Of a stretch of DNA of 30,846 bases, positions 15,390 to 23,865 are shown piece after piece (position 1 is the first letter of the stretch; the number at the start of each line of letters is the position of its first letter). Below the pieces are notes generated by a model. That model saw nothing but the letters and a program-made list of their open reading frames with translations, did no database searches and was not told the DNA's origin. The position numbers and the translations under genes were made by a program. The DNA lies in the IMG/VR virus record IMGVR_UViG_3300033420_000029, positions 1 through 30,846 of that record; one strand, 5' to 3'. Source of the DNA: a virus. Taxonomy: Duplodnaviria > Caudoviricetes.

Positions 15390-16487
15390 ATGGCTAATAG
15401 AATTTTTAATCAGTTTCCTAAGACACTTCAAAAAGAAGTTGTGTTTTTGGATGCTGAAGCCACCATTGGAACTGATGGAGCTATTTCTGGGCTTAAAGGC
15501 TCTGGAATATCCGCAGTAACCAACGTTTCTGGCACAGGTAATTTTTCAATTACTTTAGAAGATAAATTTAACCGATTCTTATTTGGTGCAGTTAGTTTTC
15601 TAGCTGAATCAATTACTGCTGCTAAAACTTCAGTAACTGGTACTGCTGAAATTCAATCTGTAGTATTCCCAGCTGTTGCTGGTGCTACCTCAGGCGACCA
15701 TTTCATTTTACGTGACGCTGCAGGCTTATCTTGGGCTATTTCGCTAGATAAAACTGGCTCCGCTCCAGAACCAACTGGCGCTTTATGGGCTGCTATCCCA
15801 GCTGCAAGAAAATCTCATGTAGATATTTCTGGCGGAACAGATGCTCCATCAGTAGCTGCTTTAATTGAAACTGCTTTCGATTTATTGACTTCAGTTCCAT
15901 TTACATCAGGCACTACCTCGGCAACTATTGCATTTACTAATACTGTGAGAGCTTTATTAGTTCCTGGTTCTGTTCATAATTCAGCTGAAGGTACGGCTGG
16001 ATCTATGACTATTTCAGTTGGAACTCCTGGTATTGATTCTTCTGTTGAATTCTCTGCAACTAATACTTTCACAGTAGTTGCTCATGGAATGTTAACCGGA
16101 CGCAAGATTCAGACTTCAATCTCTGGCGGTGGTACATTACCAAACGGCATTACCACAACTACTGATTATTGGGTAATCAAAATTGATGCTAATAACTTCA
16201 AGCTAGCTGCAAGTTTAGCTGATGCACAAGCAGGAACCGCTATTGCAATTGGTGACCAAGGAACTGCTGCTAAAACTATTACTTACACTCCATTTGCACC
16301 TTTTGGTTCAGCTGTTGCGCAAGTAGAGTTTACTAGCACTGATAATGATGCTTTAGTTCAAGCTGGTTCTGCTATTCCGTTCAGTACTTACGACTTTGCA
16401 GGCGCTTTAATTGATCCTACTCCTTTAACTAAAATCAAAGTGCTTTTAGTACTTAGAAATAGTTCTTTAGAAGGAAAAGGAGAGTAA
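15390..16487 (+). CDS. Putative capsid decoration / head fibre protein
   Basis: Follows MCP; Ala/Gly/Thr/Ser-rich; contains an HG..TG...G.LP.G....DYWVI.ID.N.FKLA module. Confidence 0.55.
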   Translation: MANRIFNQFPKTLQKEVVFLDAEATIGTDGAISGLKGSGISAVTNVSGTGNFSITLEDKFNRFLFGAVSFLAESITAAKTSVTGTAEIQSVVFPAVAGATSGDHFILRDAAGLSWAISLDKTGSAPEPTGALWAAIPAARKSHVDISGGTDAPSVAALIETAFDLLTSVPFTSGTTSATIAFTNTVRALLVPGSVHNSAEGTAGSMTISVGTPGIDSSVEFSATNTFTVVAHGMLTGRKIQTSISGGGTLPNGITTTTDYWVIKIDANNFKLAASLADAQAGTAIAIGDQGTAAKTITYTPFAPFGSAVAQVEFTSTDNDALVQAGSAIPFSTYDFAGALIDPTPLTKIKVLLVLRNSSLEGKGE

Positions 16488-16489
16488 TA

Positions 16490-16723
16490 ATGCCTATTAT
16501 TCTACCTGATGTTAGGTCAAAACAAGCTTCTGTTATAGATATGAACAAAGAATATGGCAGAATGTCTAAAGATGAGTATGAAAACTCTGGTATGGATAAT
16601 CTTCGAAAAGAATCCATGATGATTTGCGCAAAGCATTTAATCATGGCTATTCAAGAAGGCAAACCGGAAATGATTGTGCAAGTTTTTAAGCAGATGTTTG
16701 ACTTAGTCGAGAGTGAAGATTAA
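16490..16723 (+). CDS. Hypothetical protein
   Basis: 77-aa ORF with AGGAG SD. Confidence 0.65.
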   Translation: MPIILPDVRSKQASVIDMNKEYGRMSKDEYENSGMDNLRKESMMICAKHLIMAIQEGKPEMIVQVFKQMFDLVESED

Positions 16724-16753
16724 TAATTATTGACTTACAAATAATTTAAAATT

Positions 16754-16785
16754 AGGCCTACCTGGTTTCAGGTAGGTCTTTTTTT
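16754..16785 (+). terminator. Rho-independent terminator
   Basis: AGGCCTACCTG-GTTT-CAGGTAGGTCT followed by a T-run. Confidence 0.85.
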
Positions 16786-16800
16786 ATAAGGAGTTAGTTT

Positions 16801-17397
16801 ATGACCAGTTTAGTTTCATTCACTTCTAACGATTTAGGAGTAGAATTCATTAGTTCTCGTTTAGTGGCTAATTTGTTTGAGTTACGTCATGATAATGTGC
16901 TTCAAAAAATTAGAGGTTTAGTAGAAGATGAAAGTTTGGACTCCTTAGATTTTCAGGAGTCCTCTTATCAGAACGACCAAAATAAAATCCAACCAATGAT
17001 TTTATTGACAGCCTCTGGGTTTAATTTATTAACCTCTGCGTTTAATTTTAAAACTGATCATCAAAAAGAAATGCGAAAGTATATTCTAAAAAGTTTCTCA
17101 GAGAATTTAGCTAAAATCCTAAAACAAGTTAAGTCCCTTAAACAACGAAATGAAGCTTTAGAAGCATCAGAACAAAAAGCACTAGGCTCTAACTATCCAA
17201 GAAAGAAGACAGCAACTATGGGCTATATTTTACAGCATAATGAAGGCGAAGAGTTTCCTAAGAAGGTTTTAGTTCCTAAAGAAAACTATACTGAAAAAGA
17301 ACTAGCCGAGGGCATGATTGCTCACTCAGAGTCTATTATTTATGGTCACACTATTAAAATTAAGAAATTAAGAGAGTTTATTGAATTGTGCGATTAA
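16801..17397 (+). CDS. rha: Rha family phage regulatory protein
   Basis: ISSRLVANLFELRHDNVLQKIR...ESSYQNDQNKIQPMILLT..GF.LL. Confidence 0.85.
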   Translation: MTSLVSFTSNDLGVEFISSRLVANLFELRHDNVLQKIRGLVEDESLDSLDFQESSYQNDQNKIQPMILLTASGFNLLTSAFNFKTDHQKEMRKYILKSFSENLAKILKQVKSLKQRNEALEASEQKALGSNYPRKKTATMGYILQHNEGEEFPKKVLVPKENYTEKELAEGMIAHSESIIYGHTIKIKKLREFIELCD

Positions 17398-17452
17398 ATA
17401 AGTTACCCTAAAAAAGATATGAATCTACTCTAGACGCTAAACACTCGTCTTT

Positions 17453-17481
17453 GACCCTAGCAATTGCTGGGGTTTTTCTTT
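17453..17481 (+). terminator. Probable Rho-independent terminator
   Basis: GACCCTAGC-AATT-GCTGGGGTT followed by TTTCTTT. Confidence 0.65.
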
Positions 17482-17514
17482 ATAGTCATAACAGAATAAT
17501 AAAAGGAGCTAAGG

Positions 17515-18177
17515 ATGGCTACTTACAACGTAAATGACTTAATTACGCGAACTCGGCAAAAAGCGGATATGCTTAACACGGATTTTGTTACTGACCCGGA
17601 AATAGTTACCTACATAAACGAAGCTTACAACAGATATTATAATACTCTTGTATGCACTTATGAAAACTATTACTCTTCAACATCTTCTATAGTTTTAGTT
17701 CCTGGGACTGCAGATTATGCACTTCCAGTAGATTGTTTAAAGCCTCTTGGTTTTGACCTAAATACTAATGGTAATATAATTACGCTTAAACCATGGCAAA
17801 TTACTAATAGGAATAAAGCGCAATATTCTACAAGTAATCTACCAGAATTTTATATGTTATTAGGTGATGATGTAAGATTCTTAGGAACTCCACAAACAAG
17901 TGATACAATAACTTGCTATTATACACCACAACCTACATTACTTGCACTAGCTGGCACTGTTAAATTATTAGGTGGGGCTGATGAATATGTTGTTTTAGGA
18001 GCCGCAATATCTTGCTTGCAAAAAGAAGAGTCAGATGTATCTGTACTTGAAATGAAAGCTAATCAGAAACTAAACGATATTATTTCACTACTTCAAGGTA
18101 GAAACTCAGACTTGCCACTTAAAGTAACTGATGTTCAGTTTCTTAATCCACATCCTTGGTTCACTGGAATTATATGA
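17515..18177 (+). CDS. Head-tail adaptor protein
   Basis: LITRTRQKADM...FVTD.EI..YINEAY, YALPVDC; size and synteny. Confidence 0.7.
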   Translation: MATYNVNDLITRTRQKADMLNTDFVTDPEIVTYINEAYNRYYNTLVCTYENYYSSTSSIVLVPGTADYALPVDCLKPLGFDLNTNGNIITLKPWQITNRNKAQYSTSNLPEFYMLLGDDVRFLGTPQTSDTITCYYTPQPTLLALAGTVKLLGGADEYVVLGAAISCLQKEESDVSVLEMKANQKLNDIISLLQGRNSDLPLKVTDVQFLNPHPWFTGII

Positions 18178-18497
18178 ATCCATTTAAAAAGATTGTTCCA
18201 AAAGATAAAGATTTATTTGAAGTTCAATCAAATGTTGATGAAGTTATGGAGTCATTACGTAAAGTAAAGATAATTGATTCTGTAATTAAAACGTCAACAG
18301 TAACTAGTCCTATTGTTATTACAACGTCTGATACCATAGTTAATCATGGTTTAAATAGACCATATCAAGGTTATATAATTACAGACAGAAATGCTAATGC
18401 TGTAGTTTATACATCGGCAACAGTTAATAATACTAAGAACTTATTTATAATATTAAAAGCATCTGCCACAGTAACCGTAAATATATTATTCTTCTAG
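18174..18497 (+). CDS. Small virion structural protein
   Basis: ATGA overlap at 18174 (track start 18156); VNHGLNR..QGYII motif. Confidence 0.55.
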   Translation: MNPFKKIVPKDKDLFEVQSNVDEVMESLRKVKIIDSVIKTSTVTSPIVITTSDTIVNHGLNRPYQGYIITDRNANAVVYTSATVNNTKNLFIILKASATVTVNILFF

Positions 18498-18505
18498 GGG
18501 ATTAA

Positions 18506-21451
18506 ATGGCACTAGATAAACAACTAATACCAGTAACATTTGACAATAAACTTGATACTAAATCAGACCCTAAACTATCAGCAGGATTTAGTCGTGTTGA
18601 AAATATGTTTAGAAAACGCTCAGGAGAATATAGAAAACGATACGGATTTGATGCATTGCCATCAACAGTTTATTCAGGTGATACAGCAATAGCTGATGAT
18701 ATTTATGTTTCAGACTTCAATAAAGAGCTTGTATCAATAACAAGTAATGATATTTATTCTTACTCAGAGTCCGATGATAAATGGAAAGAAATTGATGATG
18801 ATTTTAAATTGTGGACTTTAGATAGTATTAAAACTAATGCAGGCGCTTATTATTTATCTGCACAAGTAGCGGTATCTGATAAATATATTCTAGTTGTGAC
18901 TATAAAATATGAGAATGCTGTTAATAGAGTATATTACACAGTGTTAGATGTAATAACTAATTCAATTGTAGTAAAAGAAACTGGATTAGGAACTGCTTAT
19001 AATGAAACAATAAAAGTAATATCAAATGGTACATACTTTTATATATTATATGTAATACCAAGCTTTAATGATATTAGAATCAGATCTTTTAATAAATCAA
19101 CCTTAGCTTTAACCACACAAGATGTTTCTGGAAACTTCTTTAAGTTTGATGCTATTTGTGATGATAATAATATATTTATTTATGCTAATAATAATACAGA
19201 CTGTAAATTAATAAAATATAGTTCTACTTTGTCTTTTATAGATGAAAAATCAATAGGAACTACAGCAGGAACGTATCAAGAAAACACAGTAATGCGACTT
19301 ACTTTAAATGGTACAAACTTAGTAGCATACTTTTGTTATAATGATGCCTCTTTAAGAAAACCTTTTATTGGATACTTTACATCGGCTTTAGTTCAAATAA
19401 ATGCATCAACTGCAATGCCTACAGTTGCAAACGTTTTAACCGACGTTGATTTTGATAACTTTGCAGGTTATGTAGATCCTACTGATGCAACAAAATTCAT
19501 AGTTTTAACCTCCTCTAGTTCTTATGGAACTGTTTATACAGTTACTGCTAAAGCTGTTTGGAACTTAGCAACAAACGCATCTGCAGGGGCTAATACGCTT
19601 AATTATGGTTTTTCTGTTGCTGATAATGCTTTTCTAATTGGAACTACTCCATACACTATAATGACTCAAAGATTTGATGTTAATGTTGTTACTGATGTTA
19701 ATTTGTATCAGTCAACAGCCTATTTACTTAACTTAACAAGTGGATTATTTGAAGGTATATTTTCAGTAGGACTATTTAATAACAATAATAATGGCTATAA
19801 AACATGTAATTCAGTTTATTTTAGTAATGTTTTATATTGTCCATCTATGGAAATTATAGATAATAATACATCAAATGTTCTTATTAAAAGAATATATCAG
19901 GATATTACTAAACTATCTTTACCAACTAAAACAAATAATGAGCTTATAATACCTAATTTAATTCCATTAAGTTATACAGGAAATGAACTAATAGAAACTA
20001 ACTACTCTCAATTTCCTTACTTAGTAAGATATACTAATACAGGAGCGGGAACAGGAATTGCAACAGGTAAAACATATAGTTATTATATAATTGCATCGCA
20101 TTTAGATAGAAATGGAGTTAAAAGATACTCTGCATTAAGTAATGTTCTAACATTTGCAAAAACAGATGCTTTTATTTGGAATATTATTTTTTATGGGACT
20201 TCCTATAATAGAAATAATCAGACAATAGATATTTATAGAACTGAAGGCGACGGATCTATTTATTATTTTATTGCTTCCGTTATAGATGTTTCAGGAAGTT
20301 TAATAACTTATTCTGATACTATTGCTGATGCTAATATTATTATAAATAAGTTACTTTATACAACAGGCGGAGTCCTAGAATCCTACTTACCATCATCAGC
20401 AGGAATAGTTAAAATACTTAAAAACAGGCTATTCATGGCACGTTGTGAAGACCAAGACAGGGTTTATTATTCTAAAGAACTTGCTGCTAACTATGCGCCT
20501 GAAATGAGTCCTTACAACGTTATTGAATTTTTTGATAGTGAAGGGCCAGTTATAGGTCTTGGACAAATTGATGATAAATTATTCTTTTTTAAACAAGAAG
20601 CAATTTTCTATGTAGTTGGCGAATTAAACGATGACTTAGGTCAGAATGCTTCTTTTTCTATGAATAAAATACCAGGTAATATTGGCTTAACTGACTTTCA
20701 AGCAATATGTGAGTTTGCTAATGGTATTATATTTAAGTCATCCCGTGGTTTCTATTTACTAGACAGAGGTTTAGGAATTTCCTATATAGGTTCCCCTGTT
20801 GAGGCATTTAATTCAGTTAATATCACATCCTCAGTTTTGATGAGTAATGATAACCAGATTAGATTTTCATCAGCTTCGGGAACCTGCTTAATCTATGATT
20901 ATCTATATGAAGAGTGGTATACTTATACAAATATTCTAGCAACCTCAGCAACTAATTGGGAAGGTTCTTTTGTATTTGCTAAATCAAATGGGACTTTTTA
21001 CAAAGAAAATATTGCTAGTTGGCTAGATGTTGCTACTCCAATTATCTCTAAAATTCAAACTGGATGGTTATCTCTTGCGGGTATTCAAGGATTTCAAAGG
21101 ATATATAAAGGTTTAATCCTTGGAGAATATCGAGGTTCACACACACTTAAAGTATCTATTGGAACTAACTTTAAAACCTATTTTGATGAGCAGATTACAG
21201 TATCCACTAGCACTTTAACAGGTGCGATTACTACTGATTCAAGTTATTTTGCAGATTATGCAACAGGAACTACTGACTCAGTTTATCAATTTACTTTCAG
21301 GCCTGCTACCCAAAAGTGTGAGTCCATGCGATTCTTAATTGAAGATGCTTTTACAAGTGGTAACGAGGGCTTTACAATATCAGCATTAAGCTTAGAAGTT
21401 GGAGCTAAACAAGGTCTTGCTAAACTAACTCAAACAAAGAACATGTCATAA
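18506..21451 (+). CDS. Tail nozzle/hub protein (P22 gp10 / tail tubular B-like)
   Basis: 981 aa beta-rich; NRLFMA...RVYYSK, LFFFKQ.AIFY, GIIFKS.RGFYLL propeller-like repeats; synteny. Confidence 0.7.
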   Translation: MALDKQLIPVTFDNKLDTKSDPKLSAGFSRVENMFRKRSGEYRKRYGFDALPSTVYSGDTAIADDIYVSDFNKELVSITSNDIYSYSESDDKWKEIDDDFKLWTLDSIKTNAGAYYLSAQVAVSDKYILVVTIKYENAVNRVYYTVLDVITNSIVVKETGLGTAYNETIKVISNGTYFYILYVIPSFNDIRIRSFNKSTLALTTQDVSGNFFKFDAICDDNNIFIYANNNTDCKLIKYSSTLSFIDEKSIGTTAGTYQENTVMRLTLNGTNLVAYFCYNDASLRKPFIGYFTSALVQINASTAMPTVANVLTDVDFDNFAGYVDPTDATKFIVLTSSSSYGTVYTVTAKAVWNLATNASAGANTLNYGFSVADNAFLIGTTPYTIMTQRFDVNVVTDVNLYQSTAYLLNLTSGLFEGIFSVGLFNNNNNGYKTCNSVYFSNVLYCPSMEIIDNNTSNVLIKRIYQDITKLSLPTKTNNELIIPNLIPLSYTGNELIETNYSQFPYLVRYTNTGAGTGIATGKTYSYYIIASHLDRNGVKRYSALSNVLTFAKTDAFIWNIIFYGTSYNRNNQTIDIYRTEGDGSIYYFIASVIDVSGSLITYSDTIADANIIINKLLYTTGGVLESYLPSSAGIVKILKNRLFMARCEDQDRVYYSKELAANYAPEMSPYNVIEFFDSEGPVIGLGQIDDKLFFFKQEAIFYVVGELNDDLGQNASFSMNKIPGNIGLTDFQAICEFANGIIFKSSRGFYLLDRGLGISYIGSPVEAFNSVNITSSVLMSNDNQIRFSSASGTCLIYDYLYEEWYTYTNILATSATNWEGSFVFAKSNGTFYKENIASWLDVATPIISKIQTGWLSLAGIQGFQRIYKGLILGEYRGSHTLKVSIGTNFKTYFDEQITVSTSTLTGAITTDSSYFADYATGTTDSVYQFTFRPATQKCESMRFLIEDAFTSGNEGFTISALSLEVGAKQGLAKLTQTKNMS

Positions 21452-21460
21452 GGAGAAATT

Positions 21461-22504
21461 ATGCCAGCATTAAGAGACACAGAAGATAGAGGAACAGATG
21501 CTAAAAAAAGCTTTGAAAAAGCTAGTAGAGGCCAATTAGAACGAACAGAAAAAGATGTATCATATACTGATGCAAGGTCAACAAGTAGAAAAGTAATGGA
21601 TAGAATTAAAGGCTATGGTAAAGATACTGGAGGCCTTAAAGTTGATTGGAGTGATAGAGCTTCATACGAAAATCCTAAAGCTTATGGAGAGAGAGTAGAA
21701 AGGGATAGTCCTGAAAATATTAAAGCAGGTATGACTAAAAATACTACTCAATCGGCTAGCCCAGGGATTAAACCACTTACAACCGCAGCAGCTCCTAAGC
21801 CACTTTCGGGTTATGCTAAAAGCGCAGCTGATTATAATGTTACCGCTCCAACAATAAAAGTTGACCCGATAACTGGGGAAGTTGTTAAAATTGATCAGCA
21901 AAGTATAGAACAACAACAAGCTGCTTTAGGATTAATTGAACAGGCTGCGCAAGGAAATGCTCCAAGTGCAGCTGGACTTCAGATGAAGCAAGGAATGCAA
22001 GAATCAATTCAAAGTCAAATGGCTATGGCAAGGTCTGGACGTGGAGGTTACAATCCTGCGGCTATGAGACAAGCGCAACAAGCGGGTGTTCAACAGCAAC
22101 AGGCAGTTAATCAGCAAATGGGTATTTTAAGAGCACAGGAAATGGCAACTGCTCGCGGGCAATATGGAGACCTAGCAAGTAATATTGTTGCACAGAGAGC
22201 ACAAGCTAACCAATTTCAAGATAATTTAACTCAGGGTGCTAATATTCAGAATCAGAACATGAGTTTCAACACACAGAGTCAGAATGCAGGAAATGTATTA
22301 CAAGCCGAACAACAAACATTGCAAGGTAAACTTGGATATAGTCAATTACAAGAGGGAATTGCTAATAGAAATGCTACTTTAACTATGGCTAAAAATAGCT
22401 TATCACAAGCTAAAACAGACGCTGATAGGAAATATTGGATGGATGTTATCGGAAAAATTTCTGATGTTGGTTCATCGGCTGCAGCTTCATATATTGGAGG
22501 TTAA
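21461..22504 (+). CDS. Putative DNA ejection / internal virion protein
   Basis: Gln/Ala-rich helical protein following the nozzle. Confidence 0.55.
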   Translation: MPALRDTEDRGTDAKKSFEKASRGQLERTEKDVSYTDARSTSRKVMDRIKGYGKDTGGLKVDWSDRASYENPKAYGERVERDSPENIKAGMTKNTTQSASPGIKPLTTAAAPKPLSGYAKSAADYNVTAPTIKVDPITGEVVKIDQQSIEQQQAALGLIEQAAQGNAPSAAGLQMKQGMQESIQSQMAMARSGRGGYNPAAMRQAQQAGVQQQQAVNQQMGILRAQEMATARGQYGDLASNIVAQRAQANQFQDNLTQGANIQNQNMSFNTQSQNAGNVLQAEQQTLQGKLGYSQLQEGIANRNATLTMAKNSLSQAKTDADRKYWMDVIGKISDVGSSAAASYIGG

Positions 22505-22506
22505 TC

Positions 22507-23862
22507 ATGGGACTAAGAAATTTAATTAAACAACCTCAACCAGGGTTTAGTAATCAGCAAGCGCAGGATTTATGGCAACAAAACGTTCCACAACCGCAGC
22601 CAGATTATTTAAATGCCTCTGCAAATGAATTTGCACAACCTGGACAAACTAATACCGCTCCTGTTGTAATAAACAATAATCCTCCAATGATTAGCGAAAC
22701 TCAGAGAGTAGAGACTAAGAAAGCACAAACTGGTTATGAAAAGAAAATAGAGAAATCATTTGAAGAGCAGATAAAAGCACAGTCAAAAATTGAAGAATTA
22801 AAAGCACAGAATGCTAATGCTGAAATAGAACATTACGATAATATTTCAAAACAGAATATGTATGCAAATGCTGAAATGGAAATTAAGCAGGAAGAATATA
22901 ATAATAAACGCTTAGGTTTAGAAGATAAACTTGCACAAGCAAGGCAAGATTATTCTGATGCTAAAATAGATCCGAATCGTTGGAAAGACGCCGACTCAGG
23001 ACGCCGAGTTATGAGCGCAATTGCTATTGGATTAGGTGCATTTAGCGGGAATAAGAACTATGCTTTAGAGATAATTAATCAGTCTATACAGCGTGATATT
23101 GATGCCCAAGTATCAGAAATGAACAAGAAAAAAGAAAATGTTATCTTAGCGGATAATGACTTTGCAAGATTAAAACAAACATTTGGTGATGAAGCGCAAG
23201 CAATGAATGCTTTAAAAGTTATGAAATATGAGACTATTATTTCACAAGTAAATGCTTTAGCAGCTAATACTAAATCACCATTAATACTTGCAAATAGAGA
23301 TAAAACAGTTGCAGAATTAAATGTTGAAAAGAATAAGGTAATGGGAAATTTAGTTAATGCTCCGACTACTCAGACTACTACTCTTAGTAAACCACTTATT
23401 CAGTCCCCTGAAGATAAGCGCGCCAATGATAGGCTTTGGACTCCGGTTGGACAAGCTACAAATGAAACAAGTGCTAATAAGGTAAAAGATTCAATATCAA
23501 ATTACAACTCTGCTAAACAAAATATAGATGAAGTTAAGCAAGCTATAAATAAATATGGTGTTGCAGAATTAGTTACTGGCGCGGGTAAGGGTAAATTAAA
23601 CGCAGCAATAGATGCGATGGTTGAAGTTATTCGACTAAAATCTAATATGGGAGTACTAAACCCAGGTGAAAGAGAAAACATTGTAAGAAGTTTACCGCTT
23701 AATCAAGTATTACGTGGGGCTGTTACAAGTAAGGAAGAAATTAACTCTTATATTGATCAGACTTTAAGACAATTAGAAGTTAATCATGGGCAAACATTAA
23801 AAGCTAATATCCCTACTCTTGCAGAGCAACAAAATAAACCACAATTCGGAAAACCGAGGTAA
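22507..23862 (+). CDS. Putative DNA ejection / internal virion protein
   Basis: Coiled-coil-like protein with AIAIGLGAF hydrophobic patch; synteny. Confidence 0.55.
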   Translation: MGLRNLIKQPQPGFSNQQAQDLWQQNVPQPQPDYLNASANEFAQPGQTNTAPVVINNNPPMISETQRVETKKAQTGYEKKIEKSFEEQIKAQSKIEELKAQNANAEIEHYDNISKQNMYANAEMEIKQEEYNNKRLGLEDKLAQARQDYSDAKIDPNRWKDADSGRRVMSAIAIGLGAFSGNKNYALEIINQSIQRDIDAQVSEMNKKKENVILADNDFARLKQTFGDEAQAMNALKVMKYETIISQVNALAANTKSPLILANRDKTVAELNVEKNKVMGNLVNAPTTQTTTLSKPLIQSPEDKRANDRLWTPVGQATNETSANKVKDSISNYNSAKQNIDEVKQAINKYGVAELVTGAGKGKLNAAIDAMVEVIRLKSNMGVLNPGERENIVRSLPLNQVLRGAVTSKEEINSYIDQTLRQLEVNHGQTLKANIPTLAEQQNKPQFGKPR

Positions 23863-23865
23863 TAA

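Noticed and set aside
16730-16758. Sigma70 promoter for rha (TTGACT)
   Set aside because: No -10 box at 16-18 nt spacing, and the terminator would follow immediately.
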